Below are positions 46,441-56,204 of a stretch of 58,256 nt of DNA, one piece after another. The stretch is from NCBI GenBank assembly GCA_024407995.1, contig JAKSVL010000002.1:1-58256 (forward strand), given 5' to 3'. Numbering within the stretch: position 1 is the first letter of the stretch; each line of letters opens with the position of its first letter. A model generated the notes under the pieces. That model saw only the letters and a list, made by a program, of their open reading frames with translations. It was not told where the DNA came from and did no database searches. This stretch comes from Bacilli bacterium. Its GTDB lineage: Bacteria > Bacillota_I > Bacilli_A > RFN20 > CAG-826. The position numbers were made by a program, and so were the translations under genes.

Positions 46441-49237
46441 ATTAACTAACGTGAGAAAGATATATCAAAATAGAGTCGCTCTTTCGAGAATTAACTTTGA
46501 ATTTCCTCGCACTGGTTTATATATCATTTATGGAGAATCAGGCTCTGGCAAGACTACTTTATTAAATTGCTTATCTGGACTTATTCCTTTTGAAGGCAGT
46601 ATTGAAATAGATCATCAAAACATTGAAACATTATCTGATAACGAATTAAGCAATCTGCGCTTGAATAGTTATGGCTTTGTTTTTCAAGATTTCAAACTAT
46701 TTGAAAATGAGACAGCACTTGCTAATCTATTGTTTCCTTTGGAAACATTAAATAATTTATCTAACAATATTAAATATCGTAAATGTCTCGATTTGCTTTC
46801 AATAGTGGGCTTAGAAAAGAAAGAAAAACAAATTGTTAATAAATTGAGTGGTGGTGAAAAACAACGTGTCGCAATTGCACGTGCGCTCATCAATGATCCG
46901 AAAGTTCTTTTAGCGGATGAACCGACAGGCGCTTTAGATGAGAAGAATGGTGAAGAAATAATGAATATTTTAAAAACCATTTCCCATTCATCTCTAGTGA
47001 TTGTTGTTTCTCATGATCGAGAGCTAACAAGAAAGTATGCTGATTCGATTATTGAAATGGATAATGGCAAAATCATTAAAGTCGTTTCTGATAAAAATAA
47101 GAAAGAAGGAGAGAAACATTTACCGGTAGTGAAGAATGCTCTTTCTAATAAGAAAATGCGTATACCATCAAACTTTTTACTTTCTCATACCTATCACAAT
47201 ATGAAGCAGAAGAAATTTAGAACTTTCATTTGCTATTCCATGACTTCTTTAGGTCTCATAGGTGTCGGATTAGCGTTCACGCTTTCTTCCACAATTTCAG
47301 GCAACATTAAAGATGCATACAAAGAAATTGTGAGTGAAAACTCCATGATGGTTTCTTTAAAGAAAAATAACTCATTAGGTAATGGACAATTTGCCGCAAA
47401 TTATTATGAAGTTCAAGAAATAAAAGAAAAGTATCATCAATACATTGATGATGTTGGTGTTACTTATTATGCAAATTTTGAAAAGTTTTTTCCGGATTTG
47501 AATAATCTAGTTATCGCAGAGAATCATATGTATACAGTAGTGCCGGGTTTTAGTGCTAGGCACATTAATGACTTTACTTGGCTAGAGGACGCAACAAGCG
47601 AAATATACCCCGAAACAATAGATTCATTAGAAGACGATGAAGTGGTGCTTGGTCTAACTTATGATACCTTAATTGATCTTTGCTTTAATTTGCAAATTGA
47701 AAGAAGCGTCAGATCGTTAAGTACATATTTGAAAACCAATGAGCTCAAACTATATTTTGATTTTGCAAACAATGACTGGACCTATGATGATCAGCAAATT
47801 GTCAGAATGGTGGGCTTCACTTTGGAAAGTGATTTAAAGATATATCATAGTAATCATCTTTGGAATGAATATATGTACGAAACAAGGATGTGCTTTCCTA
47901 CAAGTGATGCTTTATCAATCGTAGATAATTATCCTTGGGTAATGAAGAAAATATACTATTTAAAAACCAAACAAAATAGAGATGAACTTCTTAACCTATT
48001 ATACGAAGATAAGGTTGCGGATGAATATCTCTTTGAAATCGCTAATGAAACCTATTATCCTTGGCTCTATTACGAAAAAGAAATGTCCACTCGAAATCGC
48101 TTGTTGGTGTTCGTTAATACAACAAACCATTTTCCGCTTTGGCAGATTCCATATTTCATAAATAATGACCCCAATTTGAAAGAACCAATTATCGCTAATA
48201 ATGCGGGTTATTCTATCTATCCAGAAACACTGATGATGGGCTTTGCAAAGACTATGTATTTTTCTAGATATGAAGATGATTTAAATTCTATAATTGATCA
48301 CCAAACCACAAATAATGTTAGTGGTTTTGTACAAGAAGAACTACCATCTACTGTTTTAAGCGGCGATTATGCTAATAGTCTACAAAATGGTGTTAATTTC
48401 TCTATACAAACCCCATCTACTTTCTTAGGAAGGCCGGCGGAAAAGGTTGATGAGATAGTCTTATCGACCGCTCTTTTTAACAAGCTCGGCTTTGCAGAAA
48501 TAGGAGAAGATTTGTATGTTGCAACTTCCAAAAATGAAATGCTCGTAAACGGCAATCAAATCATCAAGGACTATGCACTAGTTAGACTCACTGTTGTCGG
48601 TTTAATAAATTCAAACAAAATGATGATATATCAAAATAAGAATTGGACCACACTTTTTTATCAATGTTTGGTGGGTGTTTCTGCCTATAAGCTTCAGTGT
48701 CAATCTCTCTCTTTTCCTCTCAATAATCCCGATAAAATTGACCATAGTATTGAGCTAGCAAAAACTGCATTTCCACAATATGAAATATTTAACCCTCTTT
48801 CAGATGTTAATAGCAGTGTAGATTCTGTATGTTTTTATATTACAATTGTGTTAATAATTTTCTCTTCAGTTGCGGTAATAATTTCTATTCTTTTACTGAC
48901 TATTTGTAACTACCTCTTCATCATTGAAAGCAGAAAAGAAATAGCTCTAGCAAGATGCATTGGTGTCAATAAAAAGGAAAGCAAAAAATTTCTATTGTGG
49001 CACTCCTTCATACAGTGTCTTGCTTCTTTTGCGGTTGCCTCCCTAGAATTGTTTGGTGTTTCACTTATCGCAAACTTTGAAGTTACTAAAACTTTATCGC
49101 TCGGATTCTCATTTTCTTTTAATCCAATTGCTTTAGTGCCTATGCTAGTTTTGTCGCTTGTAATCGCACTATTTTCTAGCATGTTTATGAGTGGAAGAAT
49201 TAATAAAATTAATCCCATTGAAGCACTTAAAGCTTAA
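46433..49237 (+). CDS. Fused ABC ATPase + MacB/FtsX-type permease (type VII ABC), 934 aa, very large extracytoplasmic domain
   Basis: GESGSGKTT, LSGGEKQRVAIARAL, VLLADEPTGALD. TM1 at ~aa 265, a ~500-aa extracytoplasmic domain, then three C-terminal helices. ATGATTAA overlap with the upstream gene. Confidence 0.85.
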   Translation: MIKLTNVRKIYQNRVALSRINFEFPRTGLYIIYGESGSGKTTLLNCLSGLIPFEGSIEIDHQNIETLSDNELSNLRLNSYGFVFQDFKLFENETALANLLFPLETLNNLSNNIKYRKCLDLLSIVGLEKKEKQIVNKLSGGEKQRVAIARALINDPKVLLADEPTGALDEKNGEEIMNILKTISHSSLVIVVSHDRELTRKYADSIIEMDNGKIIKVVSDKNKKEGEKHLPVVKNALSNKKMRIPSNFLLSHTYHNMKQKKFRTFICYSMTSLGLIGVGLAFTLSSTISGNIKDAYKEIVSENSMMVSLKKNNSLGNGQFAANYYEVQEIKEKYHQYIDDVGVTYYANFEKFFPDLNNLVIAENHMYTVVPGFSARHINDFTWLEDATSEIYPETIDSLEDDEVVLGLTYDTLIDLCFNLQIERSVRSLSTYLKTNELKLYFDFANNDWTYDDQQIVRMVGFTLESDLKIYHSNHLWNEYMYETRMCFPTSDALSIVDNYPWVMKKIYYLKTKQNRDELLNLLYEDKVADEYLFEIANETYYPWLYYEKEMSTRNRLLVFVNTTNHFPLWQIPYFINNDPNLKEPIIANNAGYSIYPETLMMGFAKTMYFSRYEDDLNSIIDHQTTNNVSGFVQEELPSTVLSGDYANSLQNGVNFSIQTPSTFLGRPAEKVDEIVLSTALFNKLGFAEIGEDLYVATSKNEMLVNGNQIIKDYALVRLTVVGLINSNKMMIYQNKNWTTLFYQCLVGVSAYKLQCQSLSFPLNNPDKIDHSIELAKTAFPQYEIFNPLSDVNSSVDSVCFYITIVLIIFSSVAVIISILLLTICNYLFIIESRKEIALARCIGVNKKESKKFLLWHSFIQCLASFAVASLELFGVSLIANFEVTKTLSLGFSFSFNPIALVPMLVLSLVIALFSSMFMSGRINKINPIEALKA

Positions 49238-49314
49238 AACAAATATTATTTTGTTTTGTTTTTTCAGTCATTTCTTTTATAATAAGTAGCGCACTAAAGG
49301 AGTGAGTTAATATT

Positions 49315-50427
49315 ATGGGATTAAAAGCAGGCATTGTTGGATTACCAAACGTTGGAAAGTCTACTCTTTTCAATGCGATTACAAATTCGCATGTTGAAGC
49401 AGCAAACTATCCTTTTGCAACTATTAATCCTAACACTGGTGTCGTTAATGTTCCGGATGAAAGATTAGATTTTTTAACCGATGTCTTCAAACCAGAAAGA
49501 AAAATCCCTGCTACTGTTGAATTCACCGATATTGCCGGTTTAGTAAAAGGCGCTTCAAATGGTGAAGGACTAGGCAACAAATTCCTTGCCAATATTCGTG
49601 AGTGTGATGCCATCGTTGAGGTGGTGCGTTGTTTTGAAAACGCTGATATTGTCCACGTTGAAGAATCTGTTGATCCAATTAGAGATATAGAAATTATCAA
49701 TCTTGAACTTGTCATGGCGGATTTGGATACTGTTGAAAAACGTATCGAAAAAAGTGAGGCAAAAGCAAGAATTGCCAAAGACAAAGAAGCAATTTATGAA
49801 ATGGCTTTATTGAAGCCTCTCAAAGAAACTCTTGAACAAGGTCAACCTGCGAGAAAAGCCAAACTCACAGAAGATCAAGTTGCGTATTGTAAAGTTAACT
49901 ATCACCTTCTTACTGATAAACCAATTATTTATGTTGCCAATATTGGTGAAGATGATCTTTTAGATTTAAATAATTGCAAATTCTATCAGGAAGTTTTGGA
50001 ATACGCTTCTAAAGAAGGCAATCAAGTTATTCCGGTATCTGCTCAAATTGAAAGTGATTTATCAGAATTATCACCAGAAGAAAGAAAAGAATACTTAACA
50101 GAACTAAACGTTTCTGAATCTGGTTTGGAAAAAGTTATTAAAGCTACATATAAATTATTAAATTTATCTACCTTCTTCACCGTGGGCGCAGACGAATGTC
50201 GTGCTTGGACATTCACAAACGGCATGAGCGCTCCTGAGTGCGCAGGTGTTATTCACACTGATTTCCAAAAAGGTTTCATTTGTGGTGAAGTTTATCCATA
50301 CGAAGCCATCAAGGAATTGGGCAGTGAACACGCAGTTAAAGATGCGGGAAAGATTAGAACAGAAGGCAAAGGTTATTATCCAAAAGATGGTGACATCATG
50401 TTCTTCCGTTTTAATGTGAAAAAGTAA
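49315..50427 (+). CDS. ychF: Ribosome-binding ATPase YchF
   Basis: GLPNVGKST, TGS-like C-terminus; 370 aa. Confidence 0.95.
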   Translation: MGLKAGIVGLPNVGKSTLFNAITNSHVEAANYPFATINPNTGVVNVPDERLDFLTDVFKPERKIPATVEFTDIAGLVKGASNGEGLGNKFLANIRECDAIVEVVRCFENADIVHVEESVDPIRDIEIINLELVMADLDTVEKRIEKSEAKARIAKDKEAIYEMALLKPLKETLEQGQPARKAKLTEDQVAYCKVNYHLLTDKPIIYVANIGEDDLLDLNNCKFYQEVLEYASKEGNQVIPVSAQIESDLSELSPEERKEYLTELNVSESGLEKVIKATYKLLNLSTFFTVGADECRAWTFTNGMSAPECAGVIHTDFQKGFICGEVYPYEAIKELGSEHAVKDAGKIRTEGKGYYPKDGDIMFFRFNVKK

Positions 50428-50428
50428 G

Positions 50429-50905
50429 ATGAGAATCGGATTTGCAAGTGACATTCATAGATTGGTAGAAGGACGTCGCCTTATTTTATCTGGGGTTGTC
50501 GTTCCTTTTGAACTTGGCGAAGAAGCTCACAGCGATGGTGATGTTGTTTATCACGCTGTTGCAGAATCAATTTTGGGAGCTTTGGCCTTGGGAGATTTGG
50601 GAAAGCATTTCCCAGACACTGATGATAAATACAAAGACATCGATTCCTCATTGATTGTTAAAGAAGTGGCAAAGATGATGAAAAATAAAGGTTTCATTAT
50701 CAACAACATTGATGTTTCTATCACTTTGGAAAAGCCTAAATTAAAAGATTATATTGGCCAAATGCGTGCTAACTTAGCAACACTACTTGATACAGAAATT
50801 GAAAATATTTCAATTAAAGCAGGCACTAATGAACGTCTAGATTCATTAGGTAGAAACGAAGCTGTCAAAGCAGAATCAATCGTATTATTAAAGGAGGGAA
50901 AATAA
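50429..50905 (+). CDS. ispF: 2-C-methyl-D-erythritol 2,4-cyclodiphosphate synthase
   Basis: GFASDIHRL...HSDGDVVYHA motifs; 158 aa. Confidence 0.9.
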   Translation: MRIGFASDIHRLVEGRRLILSGVVVPFELGEEAHSDGDVVYHAVAESILGALALGDLGKHFPDTDDKYKDIDSSLIVKEVAKMMKNKGFIINNIDVSITLEKPKLKDYIGQMRANLATLLDTEIENISIKAGTNERLDSLGRNEAVKAESIVLLKEGK

Positions 50906-52524
50906 TGGATATTGCGTTAAATTTAAAACAAATAATCCAAGACGCTCTTAAGAAATTAGGACAAGAAGTTTCTTTAAACGACATCATTATTGAAAAGAGC
51001 AAAGATACAGCGCATGGTGACTACGCCACTAATGTTGCGATGAAATTTTGTCGTTTATTTAGTAAATCTCCAAGAGATGTTGCCTCTTTAATTATCGATA
51101 ACATCAATATGCAAAACATCGATAAGATTGAAATTGCCGGTCCTGGTTTCATTAATTTCTTTATGAAAAATGATTCTTTGCAAGCTTTTGTGAAGAAAAT
51201 TATAGATGAAGACGATAATTATGGTCGTTCTTCAAAGAAGAATCAAAAGGTGAACGTTGAATTTGTCAGCGCTAATCCAACTGGTTTGCTCCATGTCGGC
51301 ACCGCAAGAGGTGCCGCTATCGGTGATAGCATTTGCCGTATTTTAGACTTTGCTGGTCATGATGTAACTAGAGAATATTACATTAACGATGCCGGCAGTC
51401 AAATTACCAATCTTGCTTTATCAATCCAAGCGAGATATCAAGAGTTATTTGGCATGGAAGCCACTATTCCAGAAGATGGTTATGCTGGCCAAGATATCAT
51501 TGATATTGCCAAACAATTAAAGGATGAAATTGGTGATGAAGCCCTTAAAATGAGCGACCCCGTGTCATACTTTAAAGAAAAAGGCATGAAGATTGAACTT
51601 GATAGGATTATTAAAGATTTAGCAACTTTCCGTGTGGTGTTTGATGTCTTCAGTTCAGAAAAAGCAATCCGTGCAGATAACGCTATTGAAAAAGAGATTT
51701 CTTTCTTGAAAGACTATGTCTATGAAGCGGAAAATGCTTTGTATTTAAAAACCACAGCTTTTGTCGATGACAAAGACCGTGTTATTAGAAAGAGTAATGG
51801 TGATTACACATATTTCATGCCGGATATTTGCTATCACGTTAATAAAATGTCTCGTGGATTTGATCAATTGATTGACGTTTTAGGCGCCGATCACCATGGT
51901 TATATTAATCGTATGAAATCAGCATTAATGATGCACGGACATAAGGAAAATGCATTGCATGTTGAATTGATTCAAATGGTACGTTTCATCAAAGATGGAC
52001 AAGAATTCAAAGCAAGTAAGAGAAGAGGCGACGCTATTACGCTTCGCGATGTATGTGAGGAAGTAGGCGTTGACGCAATGCGTTATTTCTTTGCGATGCG
52101 TGCGGCTAGCACACACCTTGACTTTGATATGGACTTAGCGATTGAGCAAAGCTCAAATAACCCTGTTTATTATGCCCAATATGCTCATGCTAGACTTTGT
52201 TCTGTTCTTGAACAAGGCCAAGATATCGCCATTGATGAAAGTGGCAAAAACTTAAAAGAAGTATCTGAAATGGCATTATTAAAACACCTGGCAGACTTTG
52301 CCAATATGGTCAATGATGCCGCCAAAGATAAAGCGCCTTATAAGGTCACTAATTATATACACGCCCTCGCTGAATTGGTACATTCGTTTTATAACGATTG
52401 CCGTGTAATTGACCGCGATAATCCAGTATTAAGTGGTTCTAGATTAGCCTTGGTTAAGGCCAGTAAAATTGTTTTAAAAAATGCGCTCGCACTAATCGGT
52501 GTCAGCGCTCCAACACATATGTAG
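50905..52524 (+). CDS. argS: Arginine--tRNA ligase
   Basis: NPTGLLHVGTARG (HIGH-type) and KMSRG (KMSK-type) motifs; 539 aa. Confidence 0.95.
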   Translation: MDIALNLKQIIQDALKKLGQEVSLNDIIIEKSKDTAHGDYATNVAMKFCRLFSKSPRDVASLIIDNINMQNIDKIEIAGPGFINFFMKNDSLQAFVKKIIDEDDNYGRSSKKNQKVNVEFVSANPTGLLHVGTARGAAIGDSICRILDFAGHDVTREYYINDAGSQITNLALSIQARYQELFGMEATIPEDGYAGQDIIDIAKQLKDEIGDEALKMSDPVSYFKEKGMKIELDRIIKDLATFRVVFDVFSSEKAIRADNAIEKEISFLKDYVYEAENALYLKTTAFVDDKDRVIRKSNGDYTYFMPDICYHVNKMSRGFDQLIDVLGADHHGYINRMKSALMMHGHKENALHVELIQMVRFIKDGQEFKASKRRGDAITLRDVCEEVGVDAMRYFFAMRAASTHLDFDMDLAIEQSSNNPVYYAQYAHARLCSVLEQGQDIAIDESGKNLKEVSEMALLKHLADFANMVNDAAKDKAPYKVTNYIHALAELVHSFYNDCRVIDRDNPVLSGSRLALVKASKIVLKNALALIGVSAPTHM

Positions 52525-52536
52525 GAGGATATTAAA

Positions 52537-52944
52537 ATGGCAAAATCATTATTAGATTATGCTTATGACTATGTCAGTGTACAAAGTCAAGAAAGTAAGT
52601 TCGCAGACATTTGGGCATATTGTGTCCAAGAATCTGGCATCAGCAAGGAAGAAGCAGATAGTAGAGTTTCTCGCTTCTACACCAACTTAATGTTAGATGG
52701 GCGTTTTGTTACTGTTGGCGATAACAAATGGGACTTAAGAACACGTCAAAAATTCGAAAAAGTTCACATCGATATGAGCGAAGTCTACAGCGATGTTGAA
52801 ACATATGACGAAGACAGCGAAGAAGCTGATGAAGAAGAAGAATACAATTCCGCATTCAAAGATGAAGAACAATACAAAGATGATGATTTGGGTTCTGAAT
52901 CTGATGATGAAAATAACGAAGACGAAGAAGGAAACGAATTCTAA
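52537..52944 (+). CDS. rpoE: RNA polymerase delta subunit
   Basis: N-terminal HARE-HTH-like domain (FYTNLMLDGRFV) and an acidic Asp/Glu tail. Confidence 0.85.
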   Translation: MAKSLLDYAYDYVSVQSQESKFADIWAYCVQESGISKEEADSRVSRFYTNLMLDGRFVTVGDNKWDLRTRQKFEKVHIDMSEVYSDVETYDEDSEEADEEEEYNSAFKDEEQYKDDDLGSESDDENNEDEEGNEF

Positions 52945-53894
52945 TGTTTGAAAAGATCATCTCCAAGATTGAACAATATGATTCGATAGTTATCTTCGGT
53001 CATCTCAATCCTGATGGTGATTGTTATGGTAGTCAGTTAGCCCTTAAAGCTATCCTAAATAAACAATATCCAAATAAAAAAATCTATGCAGTTGGTAGTG
53101 GCCTTCCTAACTTCTATCAACTATTAGGTAAAATGGATAAAGTTTCTTTAGAAACAATTAAAAACTCACTGGCGATAATCTTAGACAGCAACGACATTCA
53201 GAGATTAGAGGATCAAAGAGCAACGGAAGCTTTGGATTTTTGTAAAATCGATCATCACGTCGATACTTTTACTTTTAATGCTGGTCCACAAGTTATCAAC
53301 GCGAAAGCAACATCAACTTCTGAACTTATCTATGATTTAGCAAAAGAAAACAATTTCGAAATTCCACAAGTTGCCGCTATCGCTTTGTACCTTGGTATTT
53401 ATACTGATTCAGCTAGATTTCAGCATGCTTATGACTTTGTCAAATTGTTTGATACATTAAAAGGATTAGCGGCACTAGGAGTCAATCCAAATCAAATAAA
53501 TGACATTCTCAATGTGACAAAATTCCCTAGCCTAGAAATTAAGTCCTTTATTTATAAAAACATCAAAAAGGATGAAGCAGGTATTTTATACGTTGTCGCT
53601 AATGAAGAACAAAGAAAAGAATTAAACGTTACAAACTTTGATATAACTTGTAATACAAGAATGTTAGCTCATGTGGAAGGTTATCCAATTTGGTTTGTTG
53701 GTTCCGCCACTGAAAAGGGCGGCTTACAAGTCGAAATCAGAAGCGATGGATACAATGTTCAACGCGTGGCTGTAGCATTCGGTGGTGGTGGCCATGTTTA
53801 CGCTGCTGGTTTCACAGTTGAAAAATATAGTGAAGAAGTAATTGAGCGTTTATTAAAGCTTTGTAAAGAAACACTTAAAAGAGGAAAAGAATAA
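52944..53894 (+). CDS. nrnA: DHH/DHHA1 phosphoesterase, NrnA-like (oligoribonuclease / pAp phosphatase)
   Basis: GHLNPDGDCYGS, IDHH and GGGH motifs. Confidence 0.8.
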   Translation: MFEKIISKIEQYDSIVIFGHLNPDGDCYGSQLALKAILNKQYPNKKIYAVGSGLPNFYQLLGKMDKVSLETIKNSLAIILDSNDIQRLEDQRATEALDFCKIDHHVDTFTFNAGPQVINAKATSTSELIYDLAKENNFEIPQVAAIALYLGIYTDSARFQHAYDFVKLFDTLKGLAALGVNPNQINDILNVTKFPSLEIKSFIYKNIKKDEAGILYVVANEEQRKELNVTNFDITCNTRMLAHVEGYPIWFVGSATEKGGLQVEIRSDGYNVQRVAVAFGGGGHVYAAGFTVEKYSEEVIERLLKLCKETLKRGKE

Positions 53895-53895
53895 T

Positions 53896-54672
53896 ATGTG
53901 GGAAGAACAATTAGAAGCCGCTATTGAAGCAGGCGTAAAAGCAATTGATGGTATATTGGAAATATACAATAGCGATTTTTCTGTTGAAATTAAGGATGAC
54001 AATTCTCCAGTCACACTCGCAGATAAAAACGCTGATAAAGTTATTAGAGAATGTCTCCACAATAAGTATCCTGAATATGCATTTTTGACAGAAGAAAGCG
54101 ACGATGACAAAGAAAGATTAAATAATGATTATGTTTGGATTGTTGATCCAGTCGACGGTACCAAAGATTTTGTCGCTCGTGATGGTGGCTTTACTACCAA
54201 CATTGCTCTTGCTTATAAACATGAAGCGGTCGTAGGTGTTGTTGTTGTTCCTTTAACTGGAGAAATCTATTTTGCAGCGAAAGGTTTGGGTGCCTTTTAT
54301 CGCAAGGATGGAGTAACTAAACGCATACACGTCAACGATAAAATTGATAATTTGACCGTTTATAAGAGTGTATTCCACACTAAGGCAAACGAAGAAGCAA
54401 TGATCGAAAAACACAAAGATAAAATTGCCAAAATCGAAAAGTGGGGTAGCGCTTTGAAACCATGCAGAATTGCTCAAGGTTTAGGAGAACTCACTTACCG
54501 TTTGAATGATGGAACTAAAGAATGGGATACCGCTGCTAGCCAAGTAATCGTGGAACAAGCAGGTGGTATCTTCTTAGACCCAAATCGCCAAAGAATCATG
54601 TACAACAGAGAAGATGTTCATAACCGTATTGGCTATGTCATCTGCAATAGAATAGAAAATTTCTTACTGTAA
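53896..54672 (+). CDS. cysQ: 3'(2'),5'-bisphosphate nucleotidase CysQ-like (inositol monophosphatase family)
   Basis: DNSPVTLADKNAD, WIVDPVDGTKDF and GSALKPCRIAQG...EWDTAA resemble E. coli CysQ motifs as recalled. Confidence 0.7.
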   Translation: MWEEQLEAAIEAGVKAIDGILEIYNSDFSVEIKDDNSPVTLADKNADKVIRECLHNKYPEYAFLTEESDDDKERLNNDYVWIVDPVDGTKDFVARDGGFTTNIALAYKHEAVVGVVVVPLTGEIYFAAKGLGAFYRKDGVTKRIHVNDKIDNLTVYKSVFHTKANEEAMIEKHKDKIAKIEKWGSALKPCRIAQGLGELTYRLNDGTKEWDTAASQVIVEQAGGIFLDPNRQRIMYNREDVHNRIGYVICNRIENFLL

Positions 54673-54681
54673 AAATAAAAT

Positions 54682-54705
54682 AAGCAGTCTCGAAACTGCT
54701 TTTTA
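54682..54705 (+). terminator. Intrinsic terminator at the end of the ychF-cysQ operon
   Basis: AAGCAGT / ACTGCTT hairpin followed by a T-run. Confidence 0.7.
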
Positions 54706-54943
54706 ATTCCTTTTTGCGTCATCATTTTTTACTTGCTTTCAATGCATCTTCTAAATCATTAATTAAATCATTTGCTATAGATTTATCGCTATCAGACAGG
54801 CCTCTCTTTGAAGAGATTTTTTGCAAAGATCTTAATCGTTCACGAGCTTTTGAAGCGTGAGACTTTCCACCAACTTTCTTACCGATTTTATGCGCACTTG
54901 CCTAATTAATTAAACATTAGTATCATACTAATTAGAAAAATTT

Positions 54944-56200
54944 ATGAGAAAACGATTATTTTCATTCATTATTTTGCCACTGCTTTTATTAACAGCTTGC
55001 AATGACACACAAACAACAATGTCTAATTTAAAGCCACAACGCATTATAGACTATGTAATAGATTTAGGAGTAATTACAAACTTTAATGAAAATGCCGCAA
55101 TTAATGTAATGAAAGAAAAGTTTTTTCCTAATAAGTCAGGTTGTTCAGCAATTGTTACACAAGTTAATGGTAAAAATTTAGTTGGAAGAAACTGCGATAT
55201 CAGTGTTTCTGAATCTCCTATCATAAAATTCATACTAGATATTAATCAATATAAAACTATGGGCCTTATGTATCCTGTTTTTGAAAATAACACAAAATAT
55301 GAATATTTGCTAAACAATGGATTAGATGAATATTTACAATCAGTAGTACCTTATGCAGGTTCAGATTATCTAAATGAAAAAGGATTATATATTGAAATGA
55401 ATATGCGAAATCCTGAAGTTGGCTATGAAGTAAATAGTACAAATCCAGCATCTAATATCGATTTGTATGTTGTTTGTTTTCCTGCTTATGCAGCTACTAG
55501 ATGTGCAAACGTAAATGAAGCAGTTGAATTAGCTAAAACTATCAACTTTTATAATAACGTAGATGATGAAAATGTGCCTTCTTGGAACTATGGTTTTACT
55601 TTAGCTGATGCTGAAGGCAACTACGGTATACTAGAAATTGCAAAAAACAAAGTCATTTTTACTCCAAAATGTAATGGTCAAGCTAATTTTTATATCGCTG
55701 ATGAATTAAAACAAGATGCAAAATATCAATGTGGCGAATCACGATTTCAAATATTAAACGAAAACCTTGAACAAGTTAAAACGCAATCAGACATGCTTAA
55801 ACACATGGAAAAAACGTATTATTCATATGTTCAAACTATAACAGATCCAGATAAAACACCATTTGATATAAGAAGCGAGTGGACTGAATGTTTTCCAGTT
55901 AACGAACAAGAAGAGATAGACGAAGTAAATGGTGAAACACAAAACTGCACCACTGAATGGCTATTAAACGGTTCAAGAAAAGATGAAATTTATGAACTGA
56001 TTAAGAAAAGTAATCAACAATGTTATGGAGAATATTTAAACGCTGATGGCACATGGAACTTAGCAAAACTAAGACAAAATTTTGGACTAATGGATGATTT
56101 CTGGATGTCTATGTATTCATGCGCTGTTGATTGTAACGAAAAAACAATGAAAATAAGATTCTTTGAAGATAGCACAAAAGAACTCGAATTTTCAATTTAA
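54944..56200 (+). CDS. Lipoprotein, Ntn-hydrolase of the choloylglycine hydrolase / penicillin V acylase family (peptidase C59)
   Basis: Lipobox LLLLTAC (Cys19). Internal G66-C67 followed by SAIVTQVNGKNLVGRNCD, the family N-terminal nucleophile signature (C-x..-GRNxD). Confidence 0.7.
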   Translation: MRKRLFSFIILPLLLLTACNDTQTTMSNLKPQRIIDYVIDLGVITNFNENAAINVMKEKFFPNKSGCSAIVTQVNGKNLVGRNCDISVSESPIIKFILDINQYKTMGLMYPVFENNTKYEYLLNNGLDEYLQSVVPYAGSDYLNEKGLYIEMNMRNPEVGYEVNSTNPASNIDLYVVCFPAYAATRCANVNEAVELAKTINFYNNVDDENVPSWNYGFTLADAEGNYGILEIAKNKVIFTPKCNGQANFYIADELKQDAKYQCGESRFQILNENLEQVKTQSDMLKHMEKTYYSYVQTITDPDKTPFDIRSEWTECFPVNEQEEIDEVNGETQNCTTEWLLNGSRKDEIYELIKKSNQQCYGEYLNADGTWNLAKLRQNFGLMDDFWMSMYSCAVDCNEKTMKIRFFEDSTKELEFSI

Positions 56201-56204
56201 AAAT

